Notes: generated by a model not told the origin, from the letters alone. Numbered from the stretch's first letter, positions 43,672-58,345 are shown. The stretch is DNA of 64,000 bases from Dictyostelium discoideum (GCA_000004695.1 CM000153.2:4032001-4096000); one strand, 5' to 3'. Numbers and translations are program-made.

Positions 43672-44134
43672 GATTGTTTTTTTTTTCTTGAACCAGGAAT
43701 TCTTAAACCGGCTTTTTCCAATTTTTTAAAGAATTTTTGAGTTCTACTTGCAACTTGTTGTGGTGTTCTACCCTTAATATGAGTTGCAATCTTTGTCCAT
43801 CTATGTGAAGCTACCTCTTCTTCTGGATATTTAACTAATAGTTGTTCTAATAGTTTTTGTTCTTCTTCTGTCCAATATGTTAAATTTTCACTTTGTCTTT
43901 TAGTTAAACGATTAGTTGTAACTCTATTATTTTCACCTTCTGATATTGATAATGAATTTATTTCTGTATTGGTCGTTGTAGTAGATGAAAATGATGAAAA
44001 TTTCCTTTTATTTCTACCACCATCACCACCATTATCACTTTCAGATTCACTTTCACTTGATAGATGAGGAATTTTTAAATTTGTTGCATTTCTTGATCTT
44101 GAATTATTGTTATTATTAATATTATTATTATTAC

Positions 44135-44216
<82 letters not shown>

Positions 44217-44548
44217 GTTCTTATTATTATTATATGTTCCTAAACCAATTGAAAATTTTGGTACTTCTTCTATATTTATTTTACCTGGTAATTGTATTTT
44301 CTTTTTTTTTTTTAAAAAAAAATTTATTAATTATTATTTATTTGATTTAAAAAAAAAAAAGTGAAAAAAAAAATTCACTTACACCCCCAATTAAATTTTC
44401 AATATATTCTATTGGTGATTTTAATGCTTCATCATACGCATTTTGAATGGTTTCTTTATCTTTTAAAACTTGTTCTCTTTGTTGTTGTAAGATATCTAAA
44501 ATTTTGGTTAGTTGTTTATATTCATAAGTCTCTGTAATTGGAATATTC

Positions 44549-44550
<2 letters not shown>
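43230..44550 (-). CDS. Myb/SANT-domain and ZZ-type zinc-finger protein with a polyQ tract, two exons: 44385..44550 and 43230..44284
   Basis: Exon 1 (MNIPITETYEYKQLTKILDILQQQREQVLKDKETIQNAYDEALKSPIEYIENLIG, coiled-coil) ends at G|GTGTAAGT in phase 1. The acceptor is ttaccag at 44286-44285. Exon 2 holds a poly-Asn block, then the SANT/Myb domain (YWTEEEQKLLEQLLVKYPEEEVASHRWTKIATHIKGRTPQQVASRTQKFFKK), Q13, and a ZZ finger (FKCDGCDIEPIIGTRWHCAECINEVDLCEDCKEKYEEIGSHNSSHH). Phases are consistent. Confidence 0.65.
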
Positions 44551-44591
<41 letters not shown>

Positions 44592-45064
44592 TTTTTTTTT
44601 TTGGGGGTTTATTTTTTTTTTAAAAAATGTTGTTACATTATCGTTAAAATGAAATGACAAATAATTATGTTTTATCAACGATTTTTAAATAGTTTTTTAA
44701 TTTTAATTTTAATAATTTTTTTTTTTTTTTTTTTTAAATTAATTTTATTTTTTTTTAAAAAGTTTTTTTTTTTTTTTTTTATTTTTTTTTTTTTATTTTT
44801 CATTTTCAAATTCAAAAAATCCGAATTGAAGTTTTATTTGTCAATTATTCAAATAATATTTTTTATTTTATATTTTTTATTTTAAGGTTCAATATATATT
44901 TAAAAATATATAAATTATCAGTTTCAAAAAAAAAAAAAAAAAAAAGAAATTGACAAAATTAATAATCTAAATAACAATTTCAGATTATTAAATAGAATTT
45001 AATTTATTATCAAATTACACCAAAAATAAAATATATTTTTTTATTATTATAAATTTCAAATAAA

Positions 45065-45451
45065 ATGTCTTATCCAAAAAGATACGGCCAAGAAAATAAT
45101 AGAGTTCTAGGTGATGCAAATAATCAATGTATTCAAAGTATTAAAATGGGTTTTTTAATGGGTGCAGGTGTTGGTGCAACATTTGGTTCATGTATCGTTT
45201 TAATTATGTTTGCCGCAAAAAAATTACCAAGAGCTATTTTAATGAAAACTCTTGGCTCAAGTGCAATGAAAATGGGTGGTATGTTTGGTTGCTTCATGGG
45301 CATTGGTGGTGCATTAAGATGTGAAGTTGATGAAACTAAAATAAATAAAAATAATAAAAACAATAATAATAATAATAATAATATCCACTCATTTTTCAAA
45401 AATAGTAATACAGAATATGATATTTCAAAATTTAATAAAACCAAATTTTAA
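45065..45451 (+). CDS. ROMO1/Mgr2-family small mitochondrial inner-membrane protein with an Asn-rich C-terminal extension (128 aa)
   Basis: MSYPKRYGQ…CIQSIKMGFLMGAGVGATFGS…GGMFGCFMGIGGALRC matches, from memory, the two glycine-zipper TM helices and the KMGFxMG / GxFGxFMxIG pattern of ROMO1/Mgr2. Confidence 0.55.
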   Translation: MSYPKRYGQENNRVLGDANNQCIQSIKMGFLMGAGVGATFGSCIVLIMFAAKKLPRAILMKTLGSSAMKMGGMFGCFMGIGGALRCEVDETKINKNNKNNNNNNNNIHSFFKNSNTEYDISKFNKTKF

Positions 45452-45949
45452 AAAATAAAAAAATATTTATAAAAAAAAATAAAACTTTAAAAAAAAAAAT
45501 AAAAAACTAAAAATAAGTGTAAATAATCTCAATCGAATCAAATTAAACAAAAAATAAAATGAAAAAATAAAAATAAAAATAAAAAAATAAAAAATAAAAA
45601 AAGAATTTGGTTTGAATAAATTAAAAAAAAAAAAAAAAATAATTATTTATCTATCTTATTATTGAAGGTAGAGAGAGGGGGGTTATAACCCTGCTTGGAA
45701 CTGTGCACAATTAATTCGCCTATCAAAATCCAATCAAGTGAGATATTTTCTTTGATTATTATCATAAGCTGTTTGTTTTTTTTTTTTTTTTATATGAGGG
45801 TTTGTTTCAAATTATTTTTATCCAATCCAAATTTTTTCAATTTTTTTATTTTTATTTTTTTTTCAATAAAAATCAAAACAATGTGCGAAATTCTGATTTT
45901 GAAAAATTTTTGATCAATCTTTTTTTTTTTTTTTTTTTTTATTTTATTT

Positions 45950-45983
<34 letters not shown>

Positions 45984-46148
45984 CCTTTTCTTTTTTTTTT
46001 TTTTCTTTTCTTTTTTTTTTTTTAAAAAAGGGGACTATATCTCGGGACCATTAAAAAAAATCAAATTTAAAAAAAAATAAAATCCCATCTTTAAATAAAA
46101 CATTTCAGCCCCTTAAAAAAATTTGTAAATAGAAAGTAAATAAAATTA

Positions 46149-46184
<36 letters not shown>

Positions 46185-46434
46185 ACAAAAAAAAAAAAAA
46201 AAAAAAAAAAAGAAAATCTTGATCATTTTTTTTTTATAATTTTTTTTAATTTTTTTTTTTTTAAATCTCCTTTTTAGGAATTTTAATTAAACCCGGTAAA
46301 TGTCCATTTTATAAACTTGTAAATTATTGGAGTTTTTTTTTTTCCATTATATTTTTTTTTTTTTTTAAAGTTAATTAATTTTTGATACTTACATTTTTAT
46401 AAAATTAATTATAGATATTAAAATTAAATAAATA

Positions 46435-49400
46435 ATGAAATCAAATACCAATATTAGGGTTTTACTCGTGTCTGGTTTAATTTTGATTTTTATATTTTTA
46501 GGAATAAAATTCGAATTTATAAATAAAAATAATAATGATAAAATTGGAATAAATAGAAAATTAGAATTTAGTTATTTTACTAAAAATAATAATAATAATA
46601 ATAATAATAACTTTAAACAAGATCAATTAAAAAATAAAAAAGATAAAAGAATTTTATTAAAAAATGAAATAATTGATACAAACATTAAAAAGAATATTAA
46701 AAAAAATAATCAAAAGAATAATAATGAAGAAATTTTCCCAAATTTTATTTCTAGATTATTAAAATCAAATGATGATATGGAAATCCAACAATTTACATAT
46801 AGAAAGAGTCATTATATAGTTCAATTTAAAGATCATATAAATGATGAAACTAGAGAACAATTTAAGCAATTTTTAATTAATACTGATATTGTGTTAGATG
46901 AACAACCATATCAATCACATATAGTTAATTATATACCACATGATAGTTTCTTAGTATTAATGAATGATGAACAAAGTAATTTATTATCAAGTAAAGAATG
47001 GGTATCTTGGATTGGTGAGTTTGAACCATCAAATAAAATACATTTAAATTATAATGAAAAATCAATTGGATTGCCAGTTTATATTAAATTAAGTGATTCA
47101 ACAAATTCATTAATTCAAAGATGGGAGAATACATTAAATTCAATTTTAACATCATATAATTCAAAAGTTAAATTAACATTAATTAATCAAAAGAAATTAA
47201 AATCAATTGTATATTGTAATGATGAATCATCATCACAATCATCATGTTCATTAGTTAGTTCAGAAAAGTTAGTTTATCAATGGATTTCAGAACAAAGTGA
47301 AAGTAATTATATTGAAAGATCAGAGAAATTTCAAACTGCAAATAGATTATCACCAAAGGCAATTTTCGGTACAAAAGATACATTGGTTAATAATGATAGA
47401 ATTGATATTCCATTGAGAGGTAAAGGTCAGATATTGAGTATTGCCGATACTGGTTTAGATGGTAGCCATTGTTTCTTTTCAGATTCAAATAATCCAATAC
47501 CATATAATAGTGTAAATTTAAATCATAGAAAAGTTGTAACTTATATTGGTTCTCTACATGATAATGAGGATTATGTCGATGGTCACGGTACACATGTTTG
47601 TGGTTCTGCAGCAGGTGCACCAGAGGATTCTTCATTGGCTATTTCATCATTTAGTGGTCTTGCAACTGATGCAAAGATTGCATTCTTTGATTTAGCATCC
47701 GACCCAAGTAATAATGAACCAGTTCCACCAGAAGATTATAGCCAATTATATCAGCCATTATATAATGCAGGTGCAAGAGTACATGGTGATTCTTGGGGTT
47801 CTCTTTCAATACAAGGTTATTTGGGTAGTTATTCCGATGATGCTGGTAGTATTGATGATTTCCTTTACACTCATCCAGATTTCATTATTCTTAGAGCTGC
47901 TGGTAATAATGAACAATATTCATCATTGCTATCACAAGCAACAGCCAAAAATGTAATTACAGTTGGTGCCGAACAAACTACTCACGAAAGTTATACCACT
48001 GATGCATTGGAATATTCAAATTTTGAAACAGTAGCAAAGAGTACATTAAATTCATTATGCCAATCATTTGATGATAAATATTGTACATATACAACTGCTC
48101 AATGTTGTACAGAATATTCAACTGTTAAAGGTTTATCAGGCTGTTGTACATCTTATATTAAAAATTCATACGCTTCAATATTTTCCTCACAACCAGAATT
48201 ATATAATGAGAATAATATTTGTTCATTCTCTTCAAAAGGTCCAACACATGATGGTAGATTGAAACCTGATATAGTTGCCCCTGGTCAATATATTACATCG
48301 GCAAGATCAAATGGTGCAAATACAACCGATCAGTGTGGTGATGGTTCTTTACCAAATACAAATGCACTATTATCAGAATCTGGTACATCAATGGCAACAC
48401 CATTAGCAACAGCAGCAACAACAATTCTTAGACAATATTTAGTTGATGGTTATTATCCAACTGGTTCAATTGTAGAATCAAATAAATTACAACCAACTGG
48501 ATCATTATTAAAAGCATTAATGATTAATAATGCTCAGTTATTAAATGGTACATTCCCATTATCATCAACAAATACAAATCCATCAAATGCAGTATTTGAT
48601 ACATTTGCAGGTGCAAATTTTGTTCAAGGTTGGGGTTCACTTAGAATGAGTGAATGGTTATATGTTGAATCATCAGGTGTTAAACCAAAACCATCAAGAT
48701 GGGTTGGTATTGGTGAATTAGGTAAAGATAAAAAAGCATCAAATTGGAAAGAATATAGTTTATCAACTGGTCAAAATGTTTCATATTGTTTCACATATAA
48801 ACCATCATCATCAGGTAGTAATAGTGGTGGTATACCAAGAATTGTTGCAACATTAGTTTGGACAGATCCACCATCATATTCTGGTGCAAAATTAAATTTA
48901 GTAAATAATTTAGATTTAACAATGACAAATACTGAATCAGAATTTATATTTTATTCAAATTCTGGTGGTTCATCATATAATGGTACAAAAGGTACAACAT
49001 TACCACTACAAGATTCAATTAATAATGTTGAAGGTATAATCTATACACCAATTAATACCAAATCAGAAATTTCTTTTAGATTTATAATTGCAGGTACCAA
49101 TATACCAATTGGACCACAAAATTTCTCATTTGTATTCCATGGTGAAAATGGTGAATTTGATTGGGCTGATAGTTGTATGCAATGTAATCCAGATGATACA
49201 CAACCTTGTTTCATTGAAAATGGTGTTGGTTCTCAAACTTGTGGCGATGATTATTTATGGGGTCGTTGTTTAGTACAATCTTGTAATAACAATTATAATT
49301 ATAATTCAATCTCTGATAAATGTTCAAAATTCTTATCATATAATTATATCGTTATCATTGTTGCAGGTGGTACAATGTCATTGATTATCACTGTATTAAT

Positions 49401-51912
49401 TTTAATTAAATATATGGAATATAAAGAAAATGGTAATAAATTTAGTTTAAAAGAATTTTTTAGTGGAGTTTTAGGTACTGGTAAAAATGTTAGTGGTGGT
49501 GGTAAAGGTGGTAGTGGTGGTAGTGGTAGTGGTAGTGGTACACTTAAAGATGGGACTATTGATGATGGTACAGGTATTCATGTTAGACCAAAACCAAAAG
49601 ATGCACCAGTTACACCACCAGATCTTTACAGTTTATTATCACCATTCATTATAGAGATAACAATTTCAACAGCTTGCTCGTTGGTGGCAACAGCAGCAAG
49701 TATCTTACAACCATATTATATTGGTCAAATTATTCAAGATATTCCAACAACTAAAGGTATTGGTGATTTAAGAGATCAATTTATTATTATATTTTTATTG
49801 GCCTTATTGGAATTTGTTTTCTCAACAATCAGTTCTTGGATCTCTGGTATTGTAAATGAAAAGATGGTAATGAGATTACAAAATAAAGTATTCCGTGCAT
49901 TGATTGCTCAAGATATGGGTTTTTTCCAAAAGAATAGTGCTGCAGTTTTAATGAATGTTTTAATCGTTGATACACCAATGTTAAGATCATCACTCACTGG
50001 TATACTATTATCAGTTTCAGTTGGTATTTGTAAATTTGTTGGTAGTTTGGTATTCATTTTCACAATTTCATGGAAACTTTCATTAGCATTCTTTGCAACC
50101 GTACCCGTATTGGCAATTGTAACACAAGTTCAATCTAAATTCACTAAAAGATTAACACGTAGATTATTATTCCACAATTCAAAAGCATCACAACATGGTC
50201 AAGAATCAATGGTCAATATGCATGTAGTTTCAAATTATTGTAAACAAGATAGAGAGATTGCAAAATATTCAGAGCAATTAATGATGGTTTTCCAAATTTC
50301 AAGAAGATTAATTATTAATAATACCTTTGCAGCTTCAATTAAATGGTTAATGGTTGAATCATTAGCTTTCATTATTCTTTATTTCGGTGCTTATCTTGCA
50401 ATTCAAAAGCAATTCACTGTTGGTCTTTTAGTATCATTCTCTTTATACATTGGTTATGTAATTGATTCTTCAACAACATTATTTGGTGTTTATTCAAGTT
50501 ATGTTCAATGTTTAGCTTCTGCAACTAGAGTATTCTTAATTTTAAGATCTGCACCAAGAAAAAGAACAACTTTAGAGGAAGAAGAACTTGATAATATTAT
50601 TGATACTAATCAAGATAATAATAATAACAATAATAATGATGATATTAGTGATAGTAGTAGTGATGATGATGATGATAATAATAATAATAAAAATAGTAAA
50701 AACAATAAAACTAAAAGTGGTGAATCGGATGATAGCTCAAGTGAAGATGCTGAATATAAAAAGAACAAAAATAAACGTAATAATGGTAAAATGACTACAA
50801 AACTATCAAATTCACCACCATTAGTAGGTGAAGGTATAGATAATAATAATAATAATAATAATGATAATAATATAAATGATGATAATAATCAACAAGATCC
50901 AAATAATAATAATAATGAAATTGATGATGATGGTGATGATGATGGTGATGATGATGATGAAGGTGAAGATGAAAATAATAATAATAATAATAATGATGAT
51001 CCAAATGATAATAATGGAATTGAAATGTTAACAGAAAAACAACTTAGAAAAAGAAAAAGACAAATGAAAAAAGAATTTTATAAGAAAACTGGTATTTCAT
51101 GTTTAGAATTAAATTTAATTCCATCAGCTTATACAGAGTTAACAGAATGTAGAGGTGAAATTGAATTTAAGAATGTATCATTTTGTTATCCATCAAGAGC
51201 AGATGTTGGTGTATTGTATAATATTGATTTGAAATTTGAATCTGGTAAATGCTATGGTTTGGTTGGTCCATCGGGTAGTGGCAAATCAACATTGTTGGAA
51301 TTGATTTCCAGATTCTATAGTCTACATCCATCAGGTGGTAAAATTTACATGGATGGTATTGATATTGCAAAAATCAGACCAAGTAATCTTAGAAGTTTCG
51401 TTACAAACGTTCATCAACATCCTTTCCTATTCGATGCTACAATTAGTGAAAACATTGGTTACGCATTGGATAATCCAACTCAAGAGGATATCATTGAAGC
51501 CGCCAAATTGGCAAATGCTCATGAATTCATTCAATCATTACCAAAACAATATGATACAATGTTAACTGATGGTGGTAATTTATCAGGTGGTCAAAAGAAA
51601 AGAATTGCAGTAGCTCGTGCAATTTGTGCAAAGAGAAAGATTATGTTATTGGATGAAATCACTGCTGAATTAGATCCAGAATCTGAAGAAGCTATCAATA
51701 AAAGTATTAAAGTTTTAACTCGAGGTCATACCGTTGTAATGGTAGCTCATAAAGTTGCTGCTGTCCGTGATTGTGATAAAATCTTTGTTTTAGATAAAGG
51801 TCAAATCGTTGAACAAGGTACTCATAATCAATTAATGGCTAAAAAAGGAAAATATTATAGAATGTTTGCTTTTTCTGAAGATGATGATTATGCTCCATTA
51901 TTAGTTTTATAA
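46435..51912 (+). CDS. tagD: Serine protease/ABC transporter fusion protein, Tag family copy 1 (1825 aa): N-terminal subtilisin-like S8 protease domain, a TM segment, an ABC transmembrane domain, and a C-terminal nucleotide-binding domain
   Basis: The signal/anchor is [22 protein letters not shown]. The subtilase catalytic triad motifs are present: [12 protein letters not shown] (Asp), [11 protein letters not shown] (His), and GTSMATP (Ser). A six-helix ABC TMD follows after about 980 aa. An Asp/Asn-rich linker of about 190 aa precedes the NBD, which has Walker [14 protein letters not shown], signature [14 protein letters not shown], and Walker [12 protein letters not shown]. It is a single ORF. 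The family identification is confident. The paralog name rests only on my recollection of the length and is tentative. Confidence 0.8.
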   Translation: MKSNTNIRVLLVSGLILIFIFLGIKFEFINKNNNDKIGINRKLEFSYFTKNNNNNNNNNFKQDQLKNKKDKRILLKNEIIDTNIKKNIKKNNQKNNNEEIFPNFISRLLKSNDDMEIQQFTYRKSHYIVQFKDHINDETREQFKQFLINTDIVLDEQPYQSHIVNYIPHDSFLVLMNDEQSNLLSSKEWVSWIGEFEPSNKIHLNYNEKSIGLPVYIKLSDSTNSLIQRWENTLNSILTSYNSKVKLTLINQKKLKSIVYCNDESSSQSSCSLVSSEKLVYQWISEQSESNYIERSEKFQTANRLSPKAIFGTKDTLVNNDRIDIPLRGKGQILSIADTGLDGSHCFFSDSNNPIPYNSVNLNHRKVVTYIGSLHDNEDYVDGHGTHVCGSAAGAPEDSSLAISSFSGLATDAKIAFFDLASDPSNNEPVPPEDYSQLYQPLYNAGARVHGDSWGSLSIQGYLGSYSDDAGSIDDFLYTHPDFIILRAAGNNEQYSSLLSQATAKNVITVGAEQTTHESYTTDALEYSNFETVAKSTLNSLCQSFDDKYCTYTTAQCCTEYSTVKGLSGCCTSYIKNSYASIFSSQPELYNENNICSFSSKGPTHDGRLKPDIVAPGQYITSARSNGANTTDQCGDGSLPNTNALLSESGTSMATPLATAATTILRQYLVDGYYPTGSIVESNKLQPTGSLLKALMINNAQLLNGTFPLSSTNTNPSNAVFDTFAGANFVQGWGSLRMSEWLYVESSGVKPKPSRWVGIGELGKDKKASNWKEYSLSTGQNVSYCFTYKPSSSGSNSGGIPRIVATLVWTDPPSYSGAKLNLVNNLDLTMTNTESEFIFYSNSGGSSYNGTKGTTLPLQDSINNVEGIIYTPINTKSEISFRFIIAGTNIPIGPQNFSFVFHGENGEFDWADSCMQCNPDDTQPCFIENGVGSQTCGDDYLWGRCLVQSCNNNYNYNSISDKCSKFLSYNYIVIIVAGGTMSLIITVLILIKYMEYKENGNKFSLKEFFSGVLGTGKNVSGGGKGGSGGSGSGSGTLKDGTIDDGTGIHVRPKPKDAPVTPPDLYSLLSPFIIEITISTACSLVATAASILQPYYIGQIIQDIPTTKGIGDLRDQFIIIFLLALLEFVFSTISSWISGIVNEKMVMRLQNKVFRALIAQDMGFFQKNSAAVLMNVLIVDTPMLRSSLTGILLSVSVGICKFVGSLVFIFTISWKLSLAFFATVPVLAIVTQVQSKFTKRLTRRLLFHNSKASQHGQESMVNMHVVSNYCKQDREIAKYSEQLMMVFQISRRLIINNTFAASIKWLMVESLAFIILYFGAYLAIQKQFTVGLLVSFSLYIGYVIDSSTTLFGVYSSYVQCLASATRVFLILRSAPRKRTTLEEEELDNIIDTNQDNNNNNNNDDISDSSSDDDDDNNNNKNSKNNKTKSGESDDSSSEDAEYKKNKNKRNNGKMTTKLSNSPPLVGEGIDNNNNNNNDNNINDDNNQQDPNNNNNEIDDDGDDDGDDDDEGEDENNNNNNNDDPNDNNGIEMLTEKQLRKRKRQMKKEFYKKTGISCLELNLIPSAYTELTECRGEIEFKNVSFCYPSRADVGVLYNIDLKFESGKCYGLVGPSGSGKSTLLELISRFYSLHPSGGKIYMDGIDIAKIRPSNLRSFVTNVHQHPFLFDATISENIGYALDNPTQEDIIEAAKLANAHEFIQSLPKQYDTMLTDGGNLSGGQKKRIAVARAICAKRKIMLLDEITAELDPESEEAINKSIKVLTRGHTVVMVAHKVAAVRDCDKIFVLDKGQIVEQGTHNQLMAKKGKYYRMFAFSEDDDYAPLLVL

Positions 51913-51940
51913 AAAAAATTTGATCATTTATTTTAAAAAA

Positions 51941-51981
<41 letters not shown>

Positions 51982-52089
51982 ATGAATCTTTTTGATCGAT
52001 TAATTTTTTATAAATCTAGTTTCCAATAAATCTCAAATAGTTAAAAAATAAAAATAAAAAAAAGTTATTTAATTGATTTTTTTTTTTTT

Positions 52090-52340
52090 ATAATTAAAGT
52101 CAATCTCAGGTTTTTGGAATTTTTTTTTTTTTTTAGAAATTAAAGTCAATTTCAGGTTTTTGGAAAATATTTTTTTTTTTTATAACAAAAAAAGGTTTCC
52201 AATTTCAACCCATTTTGGAAAATTACACCCTTTTTTTATTGGATAAAAATGGATAAAAATTATAATTTTTTTTTTTTTTTACTTATTAATATGCTTATGT
52301 GGTTATAAATGATAATTGTTTGAAAGGGTGGGTTTTTTTT
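52090..52340 (+). promoter_or_regulatory. Tag copy 2 upstream region: a duplicated 33-bp motif aattaaagtcaat(c/t)tcaggtttttggaa and the G-box-like element tgaaagggtgggtttt
   Basis: Direct repeats lie at 52093-52125 and 52138-52170. G-rich islands sit 250-700 bp upstream of all three tag ORFs (45676 gagaggggggtt, 52325 gggtgggt, 58803 ctgggggagggttg). Confidence 0.35.
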
Positions 52341-52417
52341 TTTTTTTTTTTTTTTTATTCAAAATTAAAAAAAAAACACCCCTTGTGTGTATATATATAT
52401 TGGGCGATGTGGCAGTG

Positions 52418-52448
<31 letters not shown>

Positions 52449-53056
52449 ATTTTTTTAAAAAAAAAAAAAAAATAAATTAAAAAAGAAAAAAATAGATTGA
52501 AATAATTCAAAACAACAAAAACACCTTCAAAAATTGTTATTATGTATCACATCGAATCTATCTAATTTTTTAATAATTCACCTAACAGACTCATGTGTTG
52601 TGTACAATTTTATATAATTGTTAAAATTGTCTTTTTATAATTAAATTTTAAGTGTTTTATAAATTAAAATTTAATTTTTTTTTTATTTTTTAATATTTCT
52701 TATTTTTAATCTTGTATCTATTAATTAAATAAAAAAATAAATAAATAAAAAAAAAATAAAAATAAAAAAAAACAACAAACAATTATTTTTTTTTTTTTTT
52801 TTTTTTAACCAACACATACAATAATAATTTCTTTTATTAAAAGATACAATTGACAAAATATAATTTCATAAGGTAATAGGATAAATTTTATTTATAATTT
52901 TAAAATATAAATATTTACTAATTTTATTATTTCATTTTTTTTATTTTTTTTTTTTTTTTTTTAGCTTAAACATTATTTATTACTATTATTACTTTTTTTT
53001 TTTTTAACAAAAAAAAAAAAAAAAAAAAAAAAAACCAAAAAAAAAAAAAAAAAAAA

Positions 53057-53333
53057 ATGAAATTTCATTTTTCATCTAACAAATTATTGTTGATATCAGG
53101 TTTAATTTTATTAGTATTGGTAATAGGCATAAAGTTAGATATATTTTTAAGTAGTAAAAGTACCGAATATATAAAATTCAATAATAATAATAATCATTTT
53201 AAAAGAGATAAAAGAATTTTATTACATAATGAAATAATTGATACAAATAATAAGCCATCAATTAAAAATAATCAAATATTTATTAATGATAATGATAATA
53301 ATGAAAATATATCACCAATTTTATTAAGAATAT

Positions 53334-53366
<33 letters not shown>

Positions 53367-56300
53367 GTGATGATAAATCAATTTATAAAAAGAATCATTA
53401 TATAGTTCAATTTAAAGATCGTATAAATGATGAAACTAGAGAACAATTGAAGGAATTTTTAATTGGTACTGATATTGTATTGGATGAGCAACCATATCAA
53501 TCACATATAGTTCACTATATACCACATGATAGTTTCTTAGTATTAATGACTCAAGAACAAAGTGTATTATTATCAAGTAAAGAATGGGTATCTTGGATTG
53601 GTGAATTTGAACCATCAAATAAAATACATTTAAATTATAATGAAAAATCAATTGGATTACCAGTTTATATTATATTAAGTGATTCAACAAATTCATTAAT
53701 TCAAAGATGGGAGAATACATTAAATTCAATTTTAAAATCATATAATTCAAAAGTTAAATTAACATTAATTAATCAAAAGAAATTAAAGTCAATTGTATAT
53801 TGTAATGATGAATCACCATCACCGTCATGTTCGTTAATTAATTCAGAAAAGTTAGTTTACCAATGGATTTCAGAACAAAGTGAAAGTAATTTCATTGAAA
53901 GATCAGAGAAATTTCAAACTGCAAATAGATTATCACCAAAGGTAGTTTTCGGTACAAAAGATACATTGGTTAATAATGATAGGGTTGATATTCCATTGAG
54001 AGGTAAAGGTCAGATATTGAGTATTGCTGATACTGGTTTAGATGGTAGCCATTGTTTCTTTTCAGATTCAAAGTATCCAATACCATTGAATAGTGTAAAT
54101 TTAAATCATAGAAAAGTTGTAACTTATATTACCACATCAACAAGCGACGATAGTGATAAAGTGGATGGTCACGGTACACATATTTGTGGTTCTGCAGCAG
54201 GTACTCCAGAGGATTCTTCAGTTAATATTTCATCATTTAGTGGTCTTGCAACTGATGCAAAGATTGCATTCTTTGATTTGGCAAGTGGTTCATCAAGTTT
54301 GACACCTCCATCGGATTTGAAACAATTATATCAACCATTATATGACGCAGGTGCAAGAGTGCATTGTGATTCTTGGGGTTCTGTATCAGTAGAGGGGTAT
54401 ACAGGTAGTTATTCATCAGACACTGCTTCAATTGATGATTTCCTTTTCACTCATCCAGATTTCATCATTCTTAGAGCTGCTGGTAACAACGAGCAATACC
54501 TATCACTACTCACTCAATCCACTGCAAAGAATGTTATTACCGTTGGTGCTCATCAAACAATTCATGAAAATTATTTAACTGATGGTCCAAATTATATAAA
54601 TTATCAATCATCTGTCGATATAAATCAAGAGTTAATATGTGATTTCGATAGCAGATATTGCAATTACACAACTGCCCAATGTTGCTTAGAATCAAACGCA
54701 ACCACTGGTTTAGCAAGTTGTTGTCCTACTTTACTTAGAAAAAGTGTAATTGACGCTGCAAATACTCAACCATTATTATACAATGAGAATAATATTTGTT
54801 CATTCTCATCAAAAGGTCCAACACATGATGGTAGAATGAAACCTGATTTAGTTGCCCCTGGTGAATATATTACATCGGCAAGATCAAATGGTGCCAATAC
54901 AACAGACCAATGTGGTGATGGCTCTTTACCAAATACAAATGCATTATTGGCGATATCTGGTACATCAATGGCAACCTCATTTGCAGCAGCAGCAACAACA
55001 ATTCTTAGACAATATTTAGTTGATGGTTATTATCCAACTGGTTCAATTGTAGAATCAAATAAATTACAACCAACTGGATCATTATTAAAAGCATTAATGA
55101 TTAATAATGCTCAGTTATTAAATGGTACATTTCAATTGATTACATCATCAAGTATTACATATCCATCAAACCAAGTTTTTGAAAATTTTGCAGGTGCAAG
55201 TTTAGTTCAAGGTTGGGGTGCTATTAGAATGAGTAATTGGTTACATGTTGTCAATAATAATAATAGTAATAATAATAATAAAACATCAGATGGTATAACT
55301 AAATTTGTTGGTATTGGTGGATTAGATTTAAGATTAGTGAAACCAAATCAATGGAAAGAAGAAAGTTTATCAACTGGTCAAAATACATCATATTGTTTCA
55401 CATATAAACCATCATCATCAAGTAGTAATAGTGGTAATAATATACCAAGAGTTGTTGCAACATTAGTTTGGACAGATCCACCATCATATGCAGGTGCAAA
55501 ATTTAATTTAGTAAATAATTTAGATTTAACAATGATTTATTATCGTGATAATGGTTCAACTATATTTTATTCTAATCAAGGTGGTTCATCATTTTTAGGA
55601 TTAGCACCAACTCAAGATACATTGAATAATGTTGAAGGTATAGTTCATAATCCAACGGAACCAATGACTTATAGATTCATGGTAGCGGGTACAAACGTAC
55701 CAATGGGACCACAGAATTTCTCATTCGTATTTCATGGTGAAAATGGTGAGTTTGAATGGGCTGATAAATGTCCACAATGCAGTCCAGGTCAAGTATTAGC
55801 ATGTCCAGTTGAAAATGGTATTGGTACTCAACTTTGTACAAGTGATTTACAATGGTCAAGTTGTTTAATTCAGTCATGTGATAATAATTATAATTATAAT
55901 TCAATTAAAAAAAGATGTGATAAATTCTTATCATACAACTATATCATTATGATTGTTGCAGGTGGTACAATGCTATTGATTATCTTTATTTTGTTACTCA
56001 TTAAATATCAAGAATATAAAGAGAGTAAAAAAGATAGTTTCCGTAGATTCGACGATGGTACAGGTATTTTCGTTAGACCAAAGGATAAAGACGCAAAAGT
56101 TTCATTGGCTGACCTTTATAATTTAATTTCACCATTCATTATTGAATTGGCGATTTCAACAGCATGTTCATTGGTTTCAACAGCAGCAAGTATCCTACAG
56201 CCATTCTATATTGGTCAAATTATTAATGATATACCAACTGCAAAACATATTGGTGATTTCAAGAGTCAATTCATTTTAATCTTCATATTGGCAGTTATAG

Positions 56301-58282
56301 AATTTGTTTTCTCAACAATCAGTTCATGGATATCTGGTATTGTAAATGAAAAGATGGTAATGAGATTACAAAATAAAGTATTCCGTGCATTGATTGCTCA
56401 AGATATGGGTTTTTTCCAAAAGAATAATGCTGCAATTTTAATGAATGTTTTAATTTCTGATACTCCAATGTTAAGATCGGCACTCACTGGTATATTATTA
56501 TCAATTGCAACTGGTTTATGTAAATTTGTTGGTAGTTTAGTATTCATTTTCACAATTTCATGGAAACTTTCATTGGTATTCTTTGCAACCGTACCAGTAT
56601 TGGCATTTATCACTCAAATCCAATCACAATTCACTAAAAGATTAACTAGAGCATTATTATTCTACAATTCAAAAGCATCACAACATGGTCAAGAATCAAT
56701 GGTTAATATGCATGTAGTTACTAATTATTGTAGACAAGATAAAGAAATCATTAAATATACTGATAATTTAAATAATGTTTTCCAAACCGCTAGAAGATTA
56801 ATCATTAATAATACTTTGGCCTCTTCAATTAAATGGTTAATGGTTGAATCATTGGCTTTCATTATTCTTTACTATGGTGCTTATCTTGCAATTCAAAAGC
56901 AATTCACTGTTGGTCTTTTAATTTCTTTCTGTTTATACATTGGTTATGTTATTGATTCAACAACAACATTATTTGGTGTTTATGTAAGTTATGTTCAATC
57001 TCAAGCTTCTGCAACTAGAGTTTTCATGATTTTAAGATCTGCACCAAGAAAAAGAACAACTTTAGAAGAAGAAGAAGCTGATAGAAATAATGGTTTAGGT
57101 GGTGGTGGTGGTAATAATAATAACAATGACGATGATGATGATGATGATAATTATAATGGTAAAGGTAATGATAATGGTAAAGGTAGTGATGATCCAAATA
57201 ATAATAATAATAATACAACATTAGAAAATATTGATGATAATGGTGAATTAACAACAGTGCAACCAGTTGAATTAACAAAAAAACAATTAAAGAAACAAAA
57301 AGAAAAAGAACAAAAAGAATATTTCAAGAGAACTGGTATTTCAGTTGTTGAAATGTCATTAATTCCATCAAGTTATATTGAATTAACAGATTGTAAAGGT
57401 GAAATTGAATTTAAGAATGTATCATTCCGTTATCCAACTAGACCAGATGTACAAGTTTTACATAATATCAATATGAAATTTGAAACTGGTAAATGTTATG
57501 GTTTGGTTGGTCCTTCAGGTAGTGGTAAATCAACATTGTTGGAATTGATTTCAAAATTCTATCCACTTCGTGATGGTGGAAATATCATAATGGATGATAT
57601 TGATATTGCAAATATTAGACCAAACAATCTTAGAGGTTTCGTTACATGTGTTCATCAAAATCCTTACTTATTCGATGCTTCAATTAAAGATAACATTGGC
57701 TACGCATTGGATAATCCAACTATTGAAGAGGTTATTGAAGCTGCCAAATTGGCATATGCTCACGAATTCATTAAAGATTTACCACAACAATATGATACCG
57801 TCTTAGGTTCAGCTGGTAGTTTGTTATCAGGTGGTCAAAAGAAAAGAATTGCAATTGCTCGTGCAATTTGTGCAAAGAGAAAGATTATGTTATTGGATGA
57901 AATCACTGCTGAATTAGATCCAGAATCCGAAGAAGCCATTACTCAAAGTATTAAAGTTTTAACTCAAGGTCATACCGTTGTAATGGTAGCTCATAAAGTT
58001 GCTGCTGTCCGTGATTGTGATAAAATCTTTGTTTTAGATAAAGGTTATTTAGTTGAAGAGGGTACTCATGATGAACTCATGGAAAGAAAAGGAAAATATC
58101 ATAGAATGTTTAATAATGAAAAAGATGAGGAAGAATTATTAAATAATTTAGGTTTACCATCTAATAATGAAACTAATAATGAAAATAATAATGAAAATAA
58201 TAATAATAATAACAATAATAATAATAATAATAATAATAATAACGATGATAATAATAATCAAGTTGTTGGGGAACAAGTTTAA
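53057..58282 (+). CDS. tagC: Serine protease/ABC transporter fusion protein, Tag family copy 2 (1741 aa)
   Basis: Same architecture and about 75-80% identity to copy 1: [30 protein letters not shown], Walker [39 protein letters not shown]. It is a single ORF. The paralog name is tentative and rests only on my recollection of the length. Confidence 0.8.
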
Positions 58283-58295
58283 AAATTAATTGAGG

Positions 58296-58345
<50 letters not shown>

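Noticed and set aside
45660-45780. GC-rich island considered as a ncRNA gene
   Set aside because: It is more parsimoniously the G-rich promoter box of tag copy 1, since analogous boxes precede copies 2 and 3. It has no snRNA or tRNA motif.
47387-57806. Numerous 60-90 aa ORFs inside the tag genes on both strands
   Set aside because: They are embedded in long, domain-supported ORFs. Their His/Tyr/Met-rich compositions are typical of AT-rich antisense.
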